Source: Octopus sinensis (lineage: Eukaryota). From it: a DNA stretch of 64,000 nt. Made by a program: the position numbers and the translations under genes. This document shows positions 39,227-51,711 of the stretch, piece by piece. Below the pieces are notes generated by a model that did no database searches, was not told where the DNA came from, and saw nothing but the letters and a program-made list of their open reading frames with translations. The stretch lies in contig NC_043001.1 of NCBI RefSeq assembly GCF_006345805.1, positions 10,292,001 through 10,356,000 of the forward strand. The letters run 5' to 3'. Within the stretch, counting starts at the first letter, position 1. Every line of letters starts with the position of its first letter.

Positions 39227-39617
39227 CATCATCATCATCGTTTAATGTCCGTTTTCCTTGCTAGCATGAGTTGGACAGTTCAACCGGGGTCTGGGAAGCC
39301 AGAAGGCTGCACCAGGCTCCAGTCTGATCTGGCAAGGATTCTACAGCTGGATGTCCTTCCTAACGCCAACCATTCTGTGAGTGTAGTGGGTGCTTTTTAC
39401 ATGCCACTAGCACAGGTGCTAGGGGAGGCTGGCAGTGGCCACAATCGGTTGGTGTTTTTTACGTGCCACCGGCACAGATTCCAGTCAAGGTGACGCTGGC
39501 ATCAGCTACATTTGGATGGTGCTTTTTATGTGCCATCAGCACAGGTATCACAACTACAATTTCCATTTGATTTTTGATGTTGATGTACTTGACTCAGTAG
39601 GTCTTCTCAAGCACAGG
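39227..39617 (-). mobile_element. Family B repeat
   Basis: (CAT)n tail, B block and subrepeats. Confidence 0.85.
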
Positions 39618-39771
39618 GTCAGAATTCTCAAGACGATTGGAACCTGGTGCAGCTCTCCAGCAGGCCAATTCCTCTCCAACCATCCAACCCATGCCAGATT
39701 GGAAAACAGACATTAAGTGATGTTGATGAGATTCCTTGTTCAAATCCTCTACAATTGTTTTGACTCATCCT

Positions 39772-39991
39772 GCACCTGTGGCTCATAAGTAAGATGCTGT
39801 GCTATCAATTGTCTTGCATTGCAACTGTAGAATGCACCTCTTCAGGTGACATTTTAAATAAGTACTGTGCTATTTTTCCTTGCCGTTTCATTTAGCCCTA
39901 TAACAATGTATATCTGGGTGAAGAGGCACATTCTACAGCTGTGATGCAAGACAATTAATTGCACAGCATCTCACCTTTCAGCTACAAGTGT
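39772..39991. mobile_element. Older fold-back element / MITE
   Basis: Imperfect inverted arms of about 73 bp (39772-39844 and 39919-39991) with a spacer of about 74 nt. Confidence 0.65.
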
Positions 39992-40256
39992 AAACTGAAT
40001 CAAAAGAATTGTAGTAGATTTGAATCTCATGAATTTAATTTTCTGTCTTTGATCTATTTATATAAATACTATGAACGCTCAGGAATTCCTAAAGTAAAGT
40101 AAATCCAGTTGCATATGCACTTCTATTGCTCATGACATTAGGTAGCCAAAAACTGCAGATGAGCTTTACACAACATCCCACAAAGTCTCTATCTGAATAT
40201 ATTTTCATTTATATATATATATACCATGATGATGCTGATATATACATGTACATATA

Positions 40257-40470
40257 CATCATCATCATCGTCGTTTAACGTCCGCTTTCCATGCTGGCAT
40301 GGGTTGGACGATTTGACTGAGGGCTGGTGAACCAAATGGCTGCACCAGGCTCCAGTCTGATCTGGCAAAGTTTCTACAGCTGGATGCCCTTCCTAACACC
40401 AACCACTCCGAGTATGTAGTGGGTGCTTTTACATGCCACTGCCTCAAGGGCCAGTCAGGCGGTACTGGTA
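40257..40470 (-). mobile_element. Family B 3' end
   Basis: B block, flanked by a 24-bp direct repeat ATACCATGATGATGCTGATATATA (40221-40244, 40476-40499). Confidence 0.85.
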
Positions 40471-40489
40471 ATATTATACCATGATGATG

Positions 40490-40532
<43 letters not shown>

Positions 40533-40534
<2 letters not shown>

Positions 40535-40732
40535 GAAAGATTGGTAGCCACTACACATTTTTTCTCTCCTTTTTCTTCTCTCCTTGTTTTTATTTCTGTG
40601 TCCCTTTCTGTAGAAGAGTGTAGGCTCGAAACGTAAAAGACTTTTTCAATTGCTGAGCGTTATACTAATACATTTGTTTGTTTTTGTACACCACCTGTCT
40701 TCGTCTTTTGTTTTTTTCGTAAACTCTCCCCC
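40533..40732 (+). mobile_element. Penelope pLTR-like repeat (family F) with hammerhead-like motif
   Basis: CTTT CTGTAGA A GAG tgtagg CTC GAA ACGT A AAAG at 40604-40639; follows (TA)n. Confidence 0.65.
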
Positions 40733-43136
40733 TATAGATAAAATAGATAGATAGATATGTAAAGAGAGAACGCCTTTAGATCATATTAAGTGGTTAATTC
40801 ATTTTACTCAACGTGTATGTGAAAATATACAATATTCAATGTTCCAATACAGTAGTCAAGTTCTACTTCACATTAACTGCTTCACTTCCACTCCCTGCCC
40901 CCACCCCCATCTTGAGTTTCACTTAATCAAGGATTGGCAAACTTTGATCATTGACTCTTACTATTAAATCACTTACAACTTTATGAATACTTATTGCAAC
41001 TGTCACAAGGAATTATTAGAATCTTTTGTAAAGTTCGCTGGTAAAAAATTAATTTAAGATTTTAATTTGCAGTCTTCAGAACTTTTGTACGAGTGTAGAG
41101 GAACATAGTATATAATATCTGGCAGAACATTGTTAACATTCATTTCAGTTGAAACAAATATAAAAAAAATGTAAATTTTAATCTGAGATTTTTTTTTATT
41201 ATTGTCTGTGTGTGTATTTGTGTATGAAAGGATTCGTGTATATGTGTGAACTGTCAGAAAATATATTTGAAATATTTAATTCATTCCTTTTCAAAGAGTG
41301 GTAGATGAATTTTACTTCATTGTAACCGTCTTAACACATTGGTCTTCATTCATATTGCTTTGGATGCTGAATTCTATTTTTCATCCTTCTCATCATTCAA
41401 ACATTTTTTATTACATTTTATGACAGTGTTCAGGAATTTTTTTTCCTCTTTTCGTTTTTTTTTTTTTTTTGAAACAGACAGGATTTAGGTATTAAACTTC
41501 TTATTCGGACTCAGTAACTGTAAACCTACTGTAGAATCAAACATACAATTCTCTAGTATATACATAAGGCAGACACATGCATATGCACTCACATTAATTT
41601 CAGTAAGATTCCTGCCACAAATTATGGAAGATGTGGTTTCTTAACTTTTGAAAATTCTATTTTAAGAAATGCTTGATATAACTCAGCAATCATTTATAAT
41701 AAGAGATAAAATTTTAATATTAATCTTCCTGTGGAACAAGTTTGTATCTGAATGGTTTCAGAGTTCTATTGACAAGACAGCTAGAGATATTAATGGTTGC
41801 CATGCTATTCTGTCAGCTGTAAAGAGAGACCAGCTTTTAATGAAAAATCATGAAAAAAAAAAAAGAAAAGAAAAAATGATTATAGAATCCATCATGTGGC
41901 TCTGTGTCATCTATTCATTTCAGCATTTGAAGCTTTAATAAAAGTTCTCTTTGCTTCTGTGGTGTTTTATGTTTCCTAATAAACTCTTTAATTCTTTTAG
42001 TGGTTCCTAGTTAGCTCTTCAGCATGATTCTCTCTGATAACCTCAAATAAGATTTATCAAGGAAACCCTTCAACAGTTTAGAAATAGTTCTACCTTTATA
42101 TATGAAATGTAATTTGGAATTTTGTGTGTGTGTGTGAATAGATATTTCTGCTTCTATTATTAACATTTCACTTTGAAATTGTTAGTTACTTAAATTTTGC
42201 TGAACCTATTTTTTACCTTTTGACAAACCTATAGAAACGAGTATATTTTTCACCTGGCTGCTATTTGCGAGTCATAAAGGGATTGATTGGTGATTGTTAG
42301 AGAAAATTCTTGTATTTGCTTATATATTGTTATCTGTCTATAAGATTCTCTTTTGATTAGTTAGAAAAATTCAATGGTTACTATTAGAATTTTCAGCCTA
42401 AATGTAGATTTATGCAGCAAATTCTATTTCAGACTTAGTAATATACTCAAATCATATTCAGTTGGAAAATACAATTTATATCTGCTGTTCTCTATATACA
42501 ATACTTCTTTTTTCTCCATTTAGTCTAATCTTATTTTACATTGCATCCCCAGCTCTAAAATAAATCCAAAAGAACGAAATTAACTTATGCCCAAAAATAG
42601 GTTTTCGATATATCTTTCATATTGACATAATATTTATTTACAATTTTACTAATATTTTTAAGGTATAGTGCAATGTTCATGTGACGTTTGCATGTTTCCT
42701 ATGAAAATTAATCATTTGTTCTTATTTATGTTTTAGTAATATTTTTAAGTAGTTGGCAATGTTTTATATGCGCATACATTTGTGTATTGGTACCGAATAT
42801 GCTTAATATCCCTACAAATATCCATTTTCAAAACATATGTCATTGATGTTATTAGAAATTAATGCATAATATTATATGCATTTATTGCTTAGAAGATGAA
42901 ATCCCTTTTAGGGTATTTAATGTGGAAACTGATGATAGAGCTTGATGATTTAAATTTGTTTGAGAAAGAACTAAATGTCTCGGTGGATCACAAGTCATGG
43001 TAATATTTACTATAAAGGGTTCAGAAAAAGAACTGACTCATCTGATGACTATTTCCCGTCGGTTCTGTATACTTTTACATCAAACATCAGTTTTTTAACC
43101 TCACCTGAAAATATAGAATATATCTGCATAAAACAA

Positions 43137-43170
<34 letters not shown>

Positions 43171-44334
43171 TTGCTATTTCAACATGTTTGAGTGTGAATT
43201 TACCCTTCAAAGAATATATATTTTGGATGTTATATTTCCATGACTAACTTGGTTCTATGCATATTGTTTTGAGAATATACTTATTTGTAAAATGCTGCTT
43301 ACTGAATAAAAACAAAATGCTTTAATTCCCATTTGCAATAGTTAGAGAACAAAAATGATCAGTATAGAATATAGTGATAACCTAGGCTATTTTACTGTTA
43401 TACAAAGCTCATATGAATTGAATCTCTTTTTTTTTTGTCTTCCAACTAGCATATAAAATTTGGGTTGCATTACATTTTTTAGGCATTAGCCTGGAGAATT
43501 TATAATATGCAGCTATTTAGGTATTTTGAAAACTATTCTTTGAAGTTGAAAACTTTACTTGTATTTTTGTAACACAATAAAGTGAAACAACTGGAATGTA
43601 TACCATATTAGAAGGTAGTTTTATATGAACCAAATGTGTGAAACAGTTACTTACTAATGTATATTTATGACTAGATTTATTTTTACTTTACAGTTAAATT
43701 TTAAATAAAATTTTGTTTTTGTAATGCAGTTTTTTTATAGTCAGAAACCAAAGGACCTAATGCTTTTATTACAACCTAAAGATATTTATTTCCAAGTTTA
43801 ATTTTGGTTCCTAAGCTCCACCCTAGCTACACACACACACACAAACACAAAATTCTAACCTTCCTTTTTTTTTGTTTTTTACTTGTTTCTAATGCTATTT
43901 ATTATTTAATACACTCGCTAAGCTATAAACAAGACATTTCTAATACATCCAAGAAAAATATTATTAAGGGCCTTTTAATGGTAAGTGCTAAATATTGTAT
44001 TTAGGTACTCAGCACTCAGCTATTCTACTTATAGTCTCTTACTAATTGTGTTTATAAATATGCAAATGATTTTAACTGCATTAGTCTTGTTTAAAACATT
44101 CTAGAATATAGAATTATTTTGATGCATAATCATCAAGAATCTCTTAATTTAGTTACTTCTAAACGATGGTGATGATGATGATGATACTAGTCTAGAATTT
44201 TGTTTGACTACCAAATTAACTGAACTCTTGAAGTCAGCTGCTTCCAAATTGCTTTATGTATGTTGCAGCATTTCATTACATTATTCTTTTACAACTTCAG
44301 TTAAGGAATTGTATTTAGCTTATATATATATCAC

Positions 44335-44640
44335 CGTGATCACCATGACCAACCAGGCTATCAGATGTTGCTACACATCGCTGGTCACAATGCGCTTTGC
44401 ATTGTTTTAGCCTTCAAATGACGCTACCCTGCTAGCTAAGTGAGCAGGCCAACAGAAGAAAGAGTGAGAGAAAGTTGTGGCGAAAGGGTACAGCAGGGAT
44501 CGCGACCGGACCTCTGCGGGAGCCTTGTGGAGCTTTAGGTGTTTTCACTCAATAAACACTCACAACACCCAGTCTGGGGATCGAAACCGCGATCCTACAG
44601 GCGTGAGTCCGCTGCCCTAACCACTGGGCTATTGCACCTC

Positions 44641-44642
<2 letters not shown>
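44335..44642 (-). mobile_element. SINE family D
   Basis: Matches 29362-29659. Confidence 0.85.
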
Positions 44643-44671
<29 letters not shown>

Positions 44672-44801
44672 ACACATATATATATATATATATATAGTTA
44701 TCCGTAATAATGAAGGGTGAAATTAATTAATTTGGAATAATTATCAATTACACCAAGTAGTCTTCGGGATGTAAAAGCCTCATTCGAGGAAAATTTAAGT
44801 A

Positions 44802-44975
44802 ATACTAAGCAATAAAGGGTTTAGCAACGAATTGCCTTACCACATACCGAATTTAGAAATAGCAGTCAAAGGGTTATAGCTATTTAGTAGAAGAAATAGC
44901 TATAACCCTTTGACTGCTATTTCTAAATTCGGTATGTGGTAAGGCAATTCGTTGCTAAACCCTTTATTGCTTAGT

Positions 44976-44977
<2 letters not shown>
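44802..44977. repeat. Perfect 84-bp inverted repeat with an 8-nt loop
   Basis: 44802-44885 is the exact reverse complement of 44894-44977; the loop is AGTAGAAG. Confidence 0.95.
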
Positions 44978-45025
<48 letters not shown>

Positions 45026-45251
45026 CACAATGATTGTCAGGTGAGACAGTATAGTGGCCATGAGCATTGCAGGTCATCTTAGATTAGTGGCACTGGTGCA
45101 GTTTGAGTATGTGTCTACATATAGGCCAAGGACAGTTACAGTTTTAGGAAGGAAAGAAGGAAGGATTGGGTGAATTGTTTAGTGCAGAACAGGCTGAGAG
45201 ATAAGGTGCAGAAACAATAATGTGAGAGACAAATGGACATGAATGGAAATA

Positions 45252-45640
45252 GGCGCAGGAGTGGCTGTGTGGTAAGTAGCTTGCTAACCAACCACATGGT
45301 TCCAGGTTCAGTCCCACTGCATGGCATCTTGGGCAAGTGTCTTCTACTATAGTCTCGGGCTGACCAATGCCTTGTGAGTGGATTTGGTAGACGGAAACTG
45401 AAAGAAGCCTGTCATATATATATATATATGTGTGTGTTTGTGTGTGTTCCCCTAGCATTGCTTGACAACCGATGCTGGTGTGTTTACGTCCCCGTCACTT
45501 AGCGGTTCGGCAAAATGAGACCGATAGAATAAGTACTGGGCTTACAAAAAGAATAAGTCCCAGGGTCGAGTTGCTCGACTAAAGGCGGTGCTCCAGCATG
45601 GCCGCAGTCAAATGACTGAAACAAGTAAAAGAGAAAGAGA
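45252..45640 (+). mobile_element. SINE family A
   Basis: Full-length copy. Confidence 0.9.
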
Positions 45641-46099
45641 GTTAACTAGTTGAAAGGAAGTGAGGCTGTTGTAGTCGCAAGAGGAGACACAGTAAATATG
45701 TGAGACAGTGGTTGAAATTATGTCAGTGACAGAGTTGTCATTCAGTTAGGAAGCTTTTTTTTTCTGTTTTTTTGGTATATAGTGGCAGCAAGATCCCACG
45801 ACCATGTGGTTGGTAAGCAAGCTACTTACCACACAGCCACATCCATAATGACAAGCTCCATATTTTATTTTTCCAAAATACATACATGTATTCACATTCT
45901 ATAATGTGAAAAACAAATTCTACATTTTCTGTTTAATAATTTATTTCATCTTATGCCCTGCAGATATTCTAGCAAAAACATTGTCATGAAGACCAACCAG
46001 CTTTATCTACAGCATTAGCTTCTCTCTCAGCCCCCATCTCTCCCTCTCCTGCAGTTCTTTCCTCAGGCACAATATCTTCATTCTAATTTGACAGAAGAG

Positions 46100-46990
46100 G
46101 TGTCAGTCTGGGAGCTGAGAATTCTAGCTCAGCAGCAGCAGCAACCGGTGTGAACTGGAATCTATCAGTCAATGATTTGTATTTAGTCATTGCCCACTCC
46201 TCCGCATTGCAAATGGTAGTTCCTGAAGTCTTCATGGCTGGCACTGGAGAATGTCACATGACATCCCAGTTGAACAGCATGACCTTCATATATGAAAAGA
46301 GTCAAACCAATTTCTTTACTACCCACAAGGGGCTAAACACAGAGAGGACAAACAAGGACAGACAAATGGATTAAGTCGATTATGTCAACCCCAGCGCATA
46401 ACTGGTACTTAGTTTATCGACCCCGAAAGGATGAAAGGCAAAGTCGACCTCGGCGGAATTTGAACTCAGAACGTAACAGCAGACGAAATACCTATTTCTT
46501 TACTACCCAGAAGGGGCTAAACCCAGAGAGGACAAACAAGGACAGACAAACGGATTAAGTCAATTATATCAACCCAGCGCGTAACTGGTACTTAATTTAT
46601 CGACCCCGAAAGGATGAAAAGCAGGGTCGACCTAGGCAGAATTTGAACTCAGAACGTAGCAGCAGACAAAATACCTCTAAGCATTTCGCCCACCATCTAA
46701 CATTTCTGCCAGCTTCCTGCCTTATTAAAGAGTTAGACCATTAGCTGTATGCCATTACCTTGGACAAGTTTTGAACCTTCTTTTAATAACATTGTTCATT
46801 GTGGTGTTATAAGGGAAACATGACTTCAAGAGAGGAACAGTCCCAATTTATCAACAGCAATTCTATATCAGCATTTCTGTAGCTTGGTTAGAGACAAGGT
46901 ACAGAGTAATTCCAATGTGTGTGCACTCATTGTGAATAAGGGTGTCAGCTGATTAACAGGATGCCTCATAGAACCAGACACGACTGTTTG
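46100..46990 (-). mobile_element. Decayed CRE-like (RLE-type) non-LTR retrotransposon, interrupted by a SINE
   Basis: Minus frames NECTHIGITL, AVDKLGL, NNVIKRR, NGLTLF..EGH..WDV and AEEWAMTKYKSLTDRFQFTPVA parallel the 58.9-kb copy. Confidence 0.7.
46312..46722 (-). mobile_element. SINE family C, partial dimer
   Basis: Same internal junction as 32295-32712; degenerate 16-bp flanking direct repeat (46296-46311, 46727-46742). Confidence 0.85.
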
Positions 46991-48135
46991 GTTGCAAAGC
47001 AAGAGAGATGCTGTTGGTTGAGAGAAGATAGCGTGTGACTAAGTACCAAATGTTTTGCCAACTTTAATAGCATGGATAAGTAAATATGGATGTATTCAGA
47101 GTTAAGCCTTATAGAATCTTTCTCACAAGATCAATATATCTGGAATGATGCAGTCTATGCCAATATGGAAATAAAAACATTGAAATCATGATTTTTAAAC
47201 ATTCGACTTCTTTTGATTGATTTTAGACATTAGACATCTTTTAATTGAATTTAAACATTAGTCATCTAATTTCTAAGAGGAATTTACTTTTGAAGTATTT
47301 ATGAGAGAAACTCAGACATTCTTTTGTTTTATTAAAAATTAAGACATTATCATTTTTCTTTTTAATTATCTGTGATCAAAACTTAAATTTTATAGTTATA
47401 AGAAAAATATGTCTAGACCGTCTTAAAAATATTTACAAATGAAAGTAGTTTACAAAATCCATATTTAATTTCCCACTACAAAATAGGAATATACGAGTTG
47501 CTTCTAATTATTTTCTAATGTTCCTGGTTACTAGCATATTGATTGCATCCAGTAAATCAGAGGCCTTTTCAAGTAATAATCGATTGTTTTGATTATAGAA
47601 AACAAAGTTGCAAAATCTATTTTCTATGCTATAACTTTACTCTTGAAAAAGAAAAAAAAATGCAAAATTAATATTGGTACAAACTGATATTGGTTATGCA
47701 GATGCATGCTATCTACTGATAATTATAGTAATTTTCCTGCTTTATTTTCATCATGACACCCCCCCTTTTAAAGTAGTTTGTTTCATCTTTTATAATTCTC
47801 TACATTTACCCATACATCAATACAAGGTTTAAAACAGGTAATCTTCCCTCTTACATCAAATGTGTGTGTGTGTGTGTGGCATATGTACGTAAATATGTAT
47901 TTGTTTATTCTGTTTGTGTATTTTTCATATATGTATGAGTGTGATATGATGATGTGCTTTTTGAACTATTGAAGAAGGCTGAATCATTACTGCTGGTGAA
48001 AATTTAACAAAATTTCGTTTTTCTTTTCTCTTTTTTTTCTGCGCATATAAGCCAGATTACTGTCAAACTTCTTTGCTTTTGATCCAACTGTCTCTCCCCT
48101 CAATTTTTCTCTCATTTCTCTAGTTTCTTCTGTTT

Positions 48136-48530
48136 CTGGCAGAAACATTAGCTCGCCAGGCGAAATGCATAGCCGTAATTCGTCTGGAACTACGTTCTGA
48201 GTTCAAATTCCGCTGAGGTCGACTTTGCCTTTCGTCCTTTCGGGGTCGATAGATTAAGTACCAGTTACACACTGGGGTCGATGTAATCAACTTAATCCAT
48301 TTGTCTGTCCTCTCTGTGTTTAGCCCCTTGTGGGTAAGAAATAGGTATTTTGTCTGCCGTTATGTTCTGAGTTCAAATTCCACTGAGGTCGACTTTGCCT
48401 TTCATCCTTTCAAGGTTGATAAATTAAGTACCAGTTACACACTGGAGTCGATATAATCGACATAATCTGTTTGTCTGTCCTTGTTTGTCCTCTATATGTT
48501 TAGCTCATTGTGGGTAGTAAAGAAATAGGT
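48136..48530 (+). mobile_element. SINE family C, partial dimer
   Basis: The second unit starts at AAATAGG|TATTT. Confidence 0.85.
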
Positions 48531-49535
48531 TATGTTTGTCTCTTCCTGGCTTACTCTATTGGTTTAATAAAAACAAATCCAGATTAGTATATGGTGTTCA
48601 TGACACTGTTTATTACTTTACTCAAATTTCTATGTTTTAGCTCAATTTTGAGTCATGTCTGAAAGGGATGCTTTAAGAAACGTAATGTGAAATATGATTT
48701 TATCATTTACGTTGCTGTTGTTTCATAGTTTGTCTCCTTAACTCTCTTTAAAATTTCACATTTTCATATTCACAGATATTTCAAGTGTGTATGTGTGAGA
48801 CAAAGAGAATGATTTTATGTATTTTCTCTATGTTTACAGAAACTTTAAAAAAAAACATAGTATACAACAATTCTTGTAATTCAATAGTTAGCTCCTAACG
48901 ATGATGTAAATGAGATGGTGAACAATAATTATATAGTATTTATAAACAACCTACAGTCAACAAGTGTAATGATACTGCCACATTTCCTTCACTGTCACAC
49001 CGTTAGATCACATCTAATAATAACTTCATTAAATTTTCTTTCATTTGTTATTATTTATTAGTATATAGGTCATATTTTTTCTTAGCTTGTTCACAATTCA
49101 GTCTGCAATGATTATGAACACTATCATTGTACATTTTAATCTGAGTTTGCCAATAATCAACCACTGGCTTATTTGAATACAATCTGTACTTCATGTTCAT
49201 GTAGATCGTCCGTTGAGTATATATAGCTAAGCAGTTTATAGATCTGGTACATGTCTGCAGACAACATGCCTACATTGAAAAGCATTAATATTCAAAATAT
49301 GATGAATTAGCTGATAGATCTGAGCATAATTTAATTATAATGCAAGGCTGTTTAAAAATTGGAATTCATGCAAGTCCAATGTAAATTATCACACAGCAGA
49401 AACTGAATACTTTCTGCATAAACAGACTTTATGACAAAATGTGTGTTACAGACATTGAAATCTCACTTCAAAACCTGGCTTGCTTGGGCATCATACATTT
49501 GTTACTTGGGGATATATAATATATATATATATATA

Positions 49536-49945
49536 GGCACGGGAGTGACTGTGTGGTAAGTAGCTTGCTTACCAACCACATGGTTCCGGGTTCAGTCCCA
49601 CTGCGTGGCACCTTGGGCAAGTGTCTTCTGCTATAGCCCCGGGCCGACCAATGCCTTGTGAGTGGATTTGGTAGACGGAAACTGAAAGAAGCTCGTCATA
49701 TATATGTATATATATATATTTGTGTGTGTGTTTGTGTGTCTGTGTTTGTCCCCCTCCCCCAACATCGTTTGACAACCGATGCTGGTGTGTTTACTGTCCC
49801 TGTAACTTAGTGGTTCAGCAAAAGAGACTGATAGAATAAGTACTAGGCTTACAAAGAATAAGTCCTGGGGTCGATTTACTTGACTAAAGGCGGTGCTCCA
49901 GCATGGCCACAGTCAAATGACTGAAACAAGTAAAAGAGTAAAAGA
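49536..49945 (+). mobile_element. SINE family A
   Basis: Full-length copy. Confidence 0.9.
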
Positions 49946-51010
49946 ATATATATATATATGTAGATAGATAGATAGATAGATAGATAGATATGTACATCAT
50001 GTCTATAAACACATATTTCTCTCTGCTTTAACTTCTAATATCTAATTCATATGTAGTTAATTTGTATTTTTCAGAGAAAGACAAGTAATTACTGCTATTA
50101 TGTATTATAGCTTTGAGCTAGTAAAAGCTTTAAAATGATCTGAAAATATTGTCATCTGTTAATCAAGATATGATATGAAATAGATAGGTCTACAAGAAAA
50201 CAAGTGACATGTTTTAATTTTATTGTCTATATGCTTTCTGTGAAAGGTATGTAGTTACTGTCATTATATATTTATATCTTTGCGATTGTCAGTTAAAAAA
50301 AAAAATCAGAAACTATAGTCCAGTGTTAGTTGAGATATGAAATGATAGTGGAGGGCTGGGTGTGGTACCAGAAATACAACTGACATTTTAATTACAACAA
50401 CGTAACCCATATTATCATTATACACACACATACACACACACCATTACGAAATGTATACACTTTAATAATAAATTATAGATGTGTGAATAAGAGAGAATTA
50501 TAACTTTTTAGCTCAGCTCGACTTATTAGTTGTCAAGAAAAAAGTCTTTTGTTCTTCAAGGATAAATTCTCTTGTTCCATTACATATTAAATGAAATGAT
50601 AACTAAGTAACTTAGCCATCTATATTGATTGGATTAGCTCTTTTGAACTCAGTAAAAGCAATACTTCTAGATGTTATTATCTCATACGAGTTATCTATGG
50701 AAAGTAAATGCTGTCTGTGACAAGAGTCTCTATTTCCATGTGTAATAAGACTTAAATGTAATGAGATTATAATGAAGAACAAGTTCTTAAGAATATTTCA
50801 TATTCTGGAAAAATATCTTAGCATGTTTCAAATTTATAAAGAAGTTGAATAAATGAATTTTCAGATATTGTTTGCATTCAGAAAGAGCTGAGTGTTTCCA
50901 GAAAGTGATTTCTTTATAATTTCTATTCAAACCAATTTTGAATGTTGAGTTAATTTTTAAGAATATTATATCGAAATAGTCATAACATTTCGACTTGCTT
51001 GTTACCAATG

Positions 51011-51071
<61 letters not shown>

Positions 51072-51490
51072 GGTAAAAATGGTAAGATAACAAAGAAAGA
51101 AAGAGACCTCGATATTATGTAAATAGAGGAATTTATCTGTAAATGTAATATGTGACAATTATTCAGTAGCCAAGATAAAACTCTGAGTTTTGGATGCCGA
51201 GGTGGAAATCCACACCACCATCTCTTCAGTTATCTGACCATTGGAAAAACGCTATGAAAAATGACCGTTATAGAAAGGGAAATTACTGTGTTCTTGACCA
51301 CTATTTAGACAAAAGAGCTTTTCGAATGACTGCTAATTAAGGTAAGGGGGTAAAAAGTTCATAGTATTTGCGTAAGCGCGTCTGTTCATACCTACACAAG
51401 TGCACTTCACACCCACGTGCATATGCATACATTCATCCCCCTCACTAGAAAAACGTACACATCTTCACTCGCATCCTTCGCCAAATGTAT
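51072..51490 (-). mobile_element. Probable Penelope-like terminal fragment with hammerhead-like motif (51173-51235)
   Basis: AGATAA CTGAAGA GATG...CATC c AAA ACTC A GAGT T TTATCT on the minus strand; abuts (TA)n. Confidence 0.55.
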
Positions 51491-51509
51491 ATGCATATAC
51501 ATACAAACC

Positions 51510-51542
<33 letters not shown>

Positions 51543-51543
<1 letters not shown>

Positions 51544-51711
51544 AGCACCCACTACACTCTCGGAGTGGTTGGCGTTAGGAAGGGCATCCAGCTGTAGAAA
51601 CTCTGCCAAATCAAGATTGGAGCCTGGTGCAGCCATCTGGTTCACCAGCCCTCAGTCAGAATCGTCCAGCTCATGCTAGCATGGAAAGCAGATGTTAAAC
51701 GATGATGATGA
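51543..51711 (+). mobile_element. Family B 3' end
   Basis: B block and (GAT)n tail. Confidence 0.85.

Noticed and set aside
44695-44800. Possible hammerhead (CCGAAGA) beside the perfect hairpin
   Set aside because: I could not build consistent stems I-III followed by GAA in either orientation.
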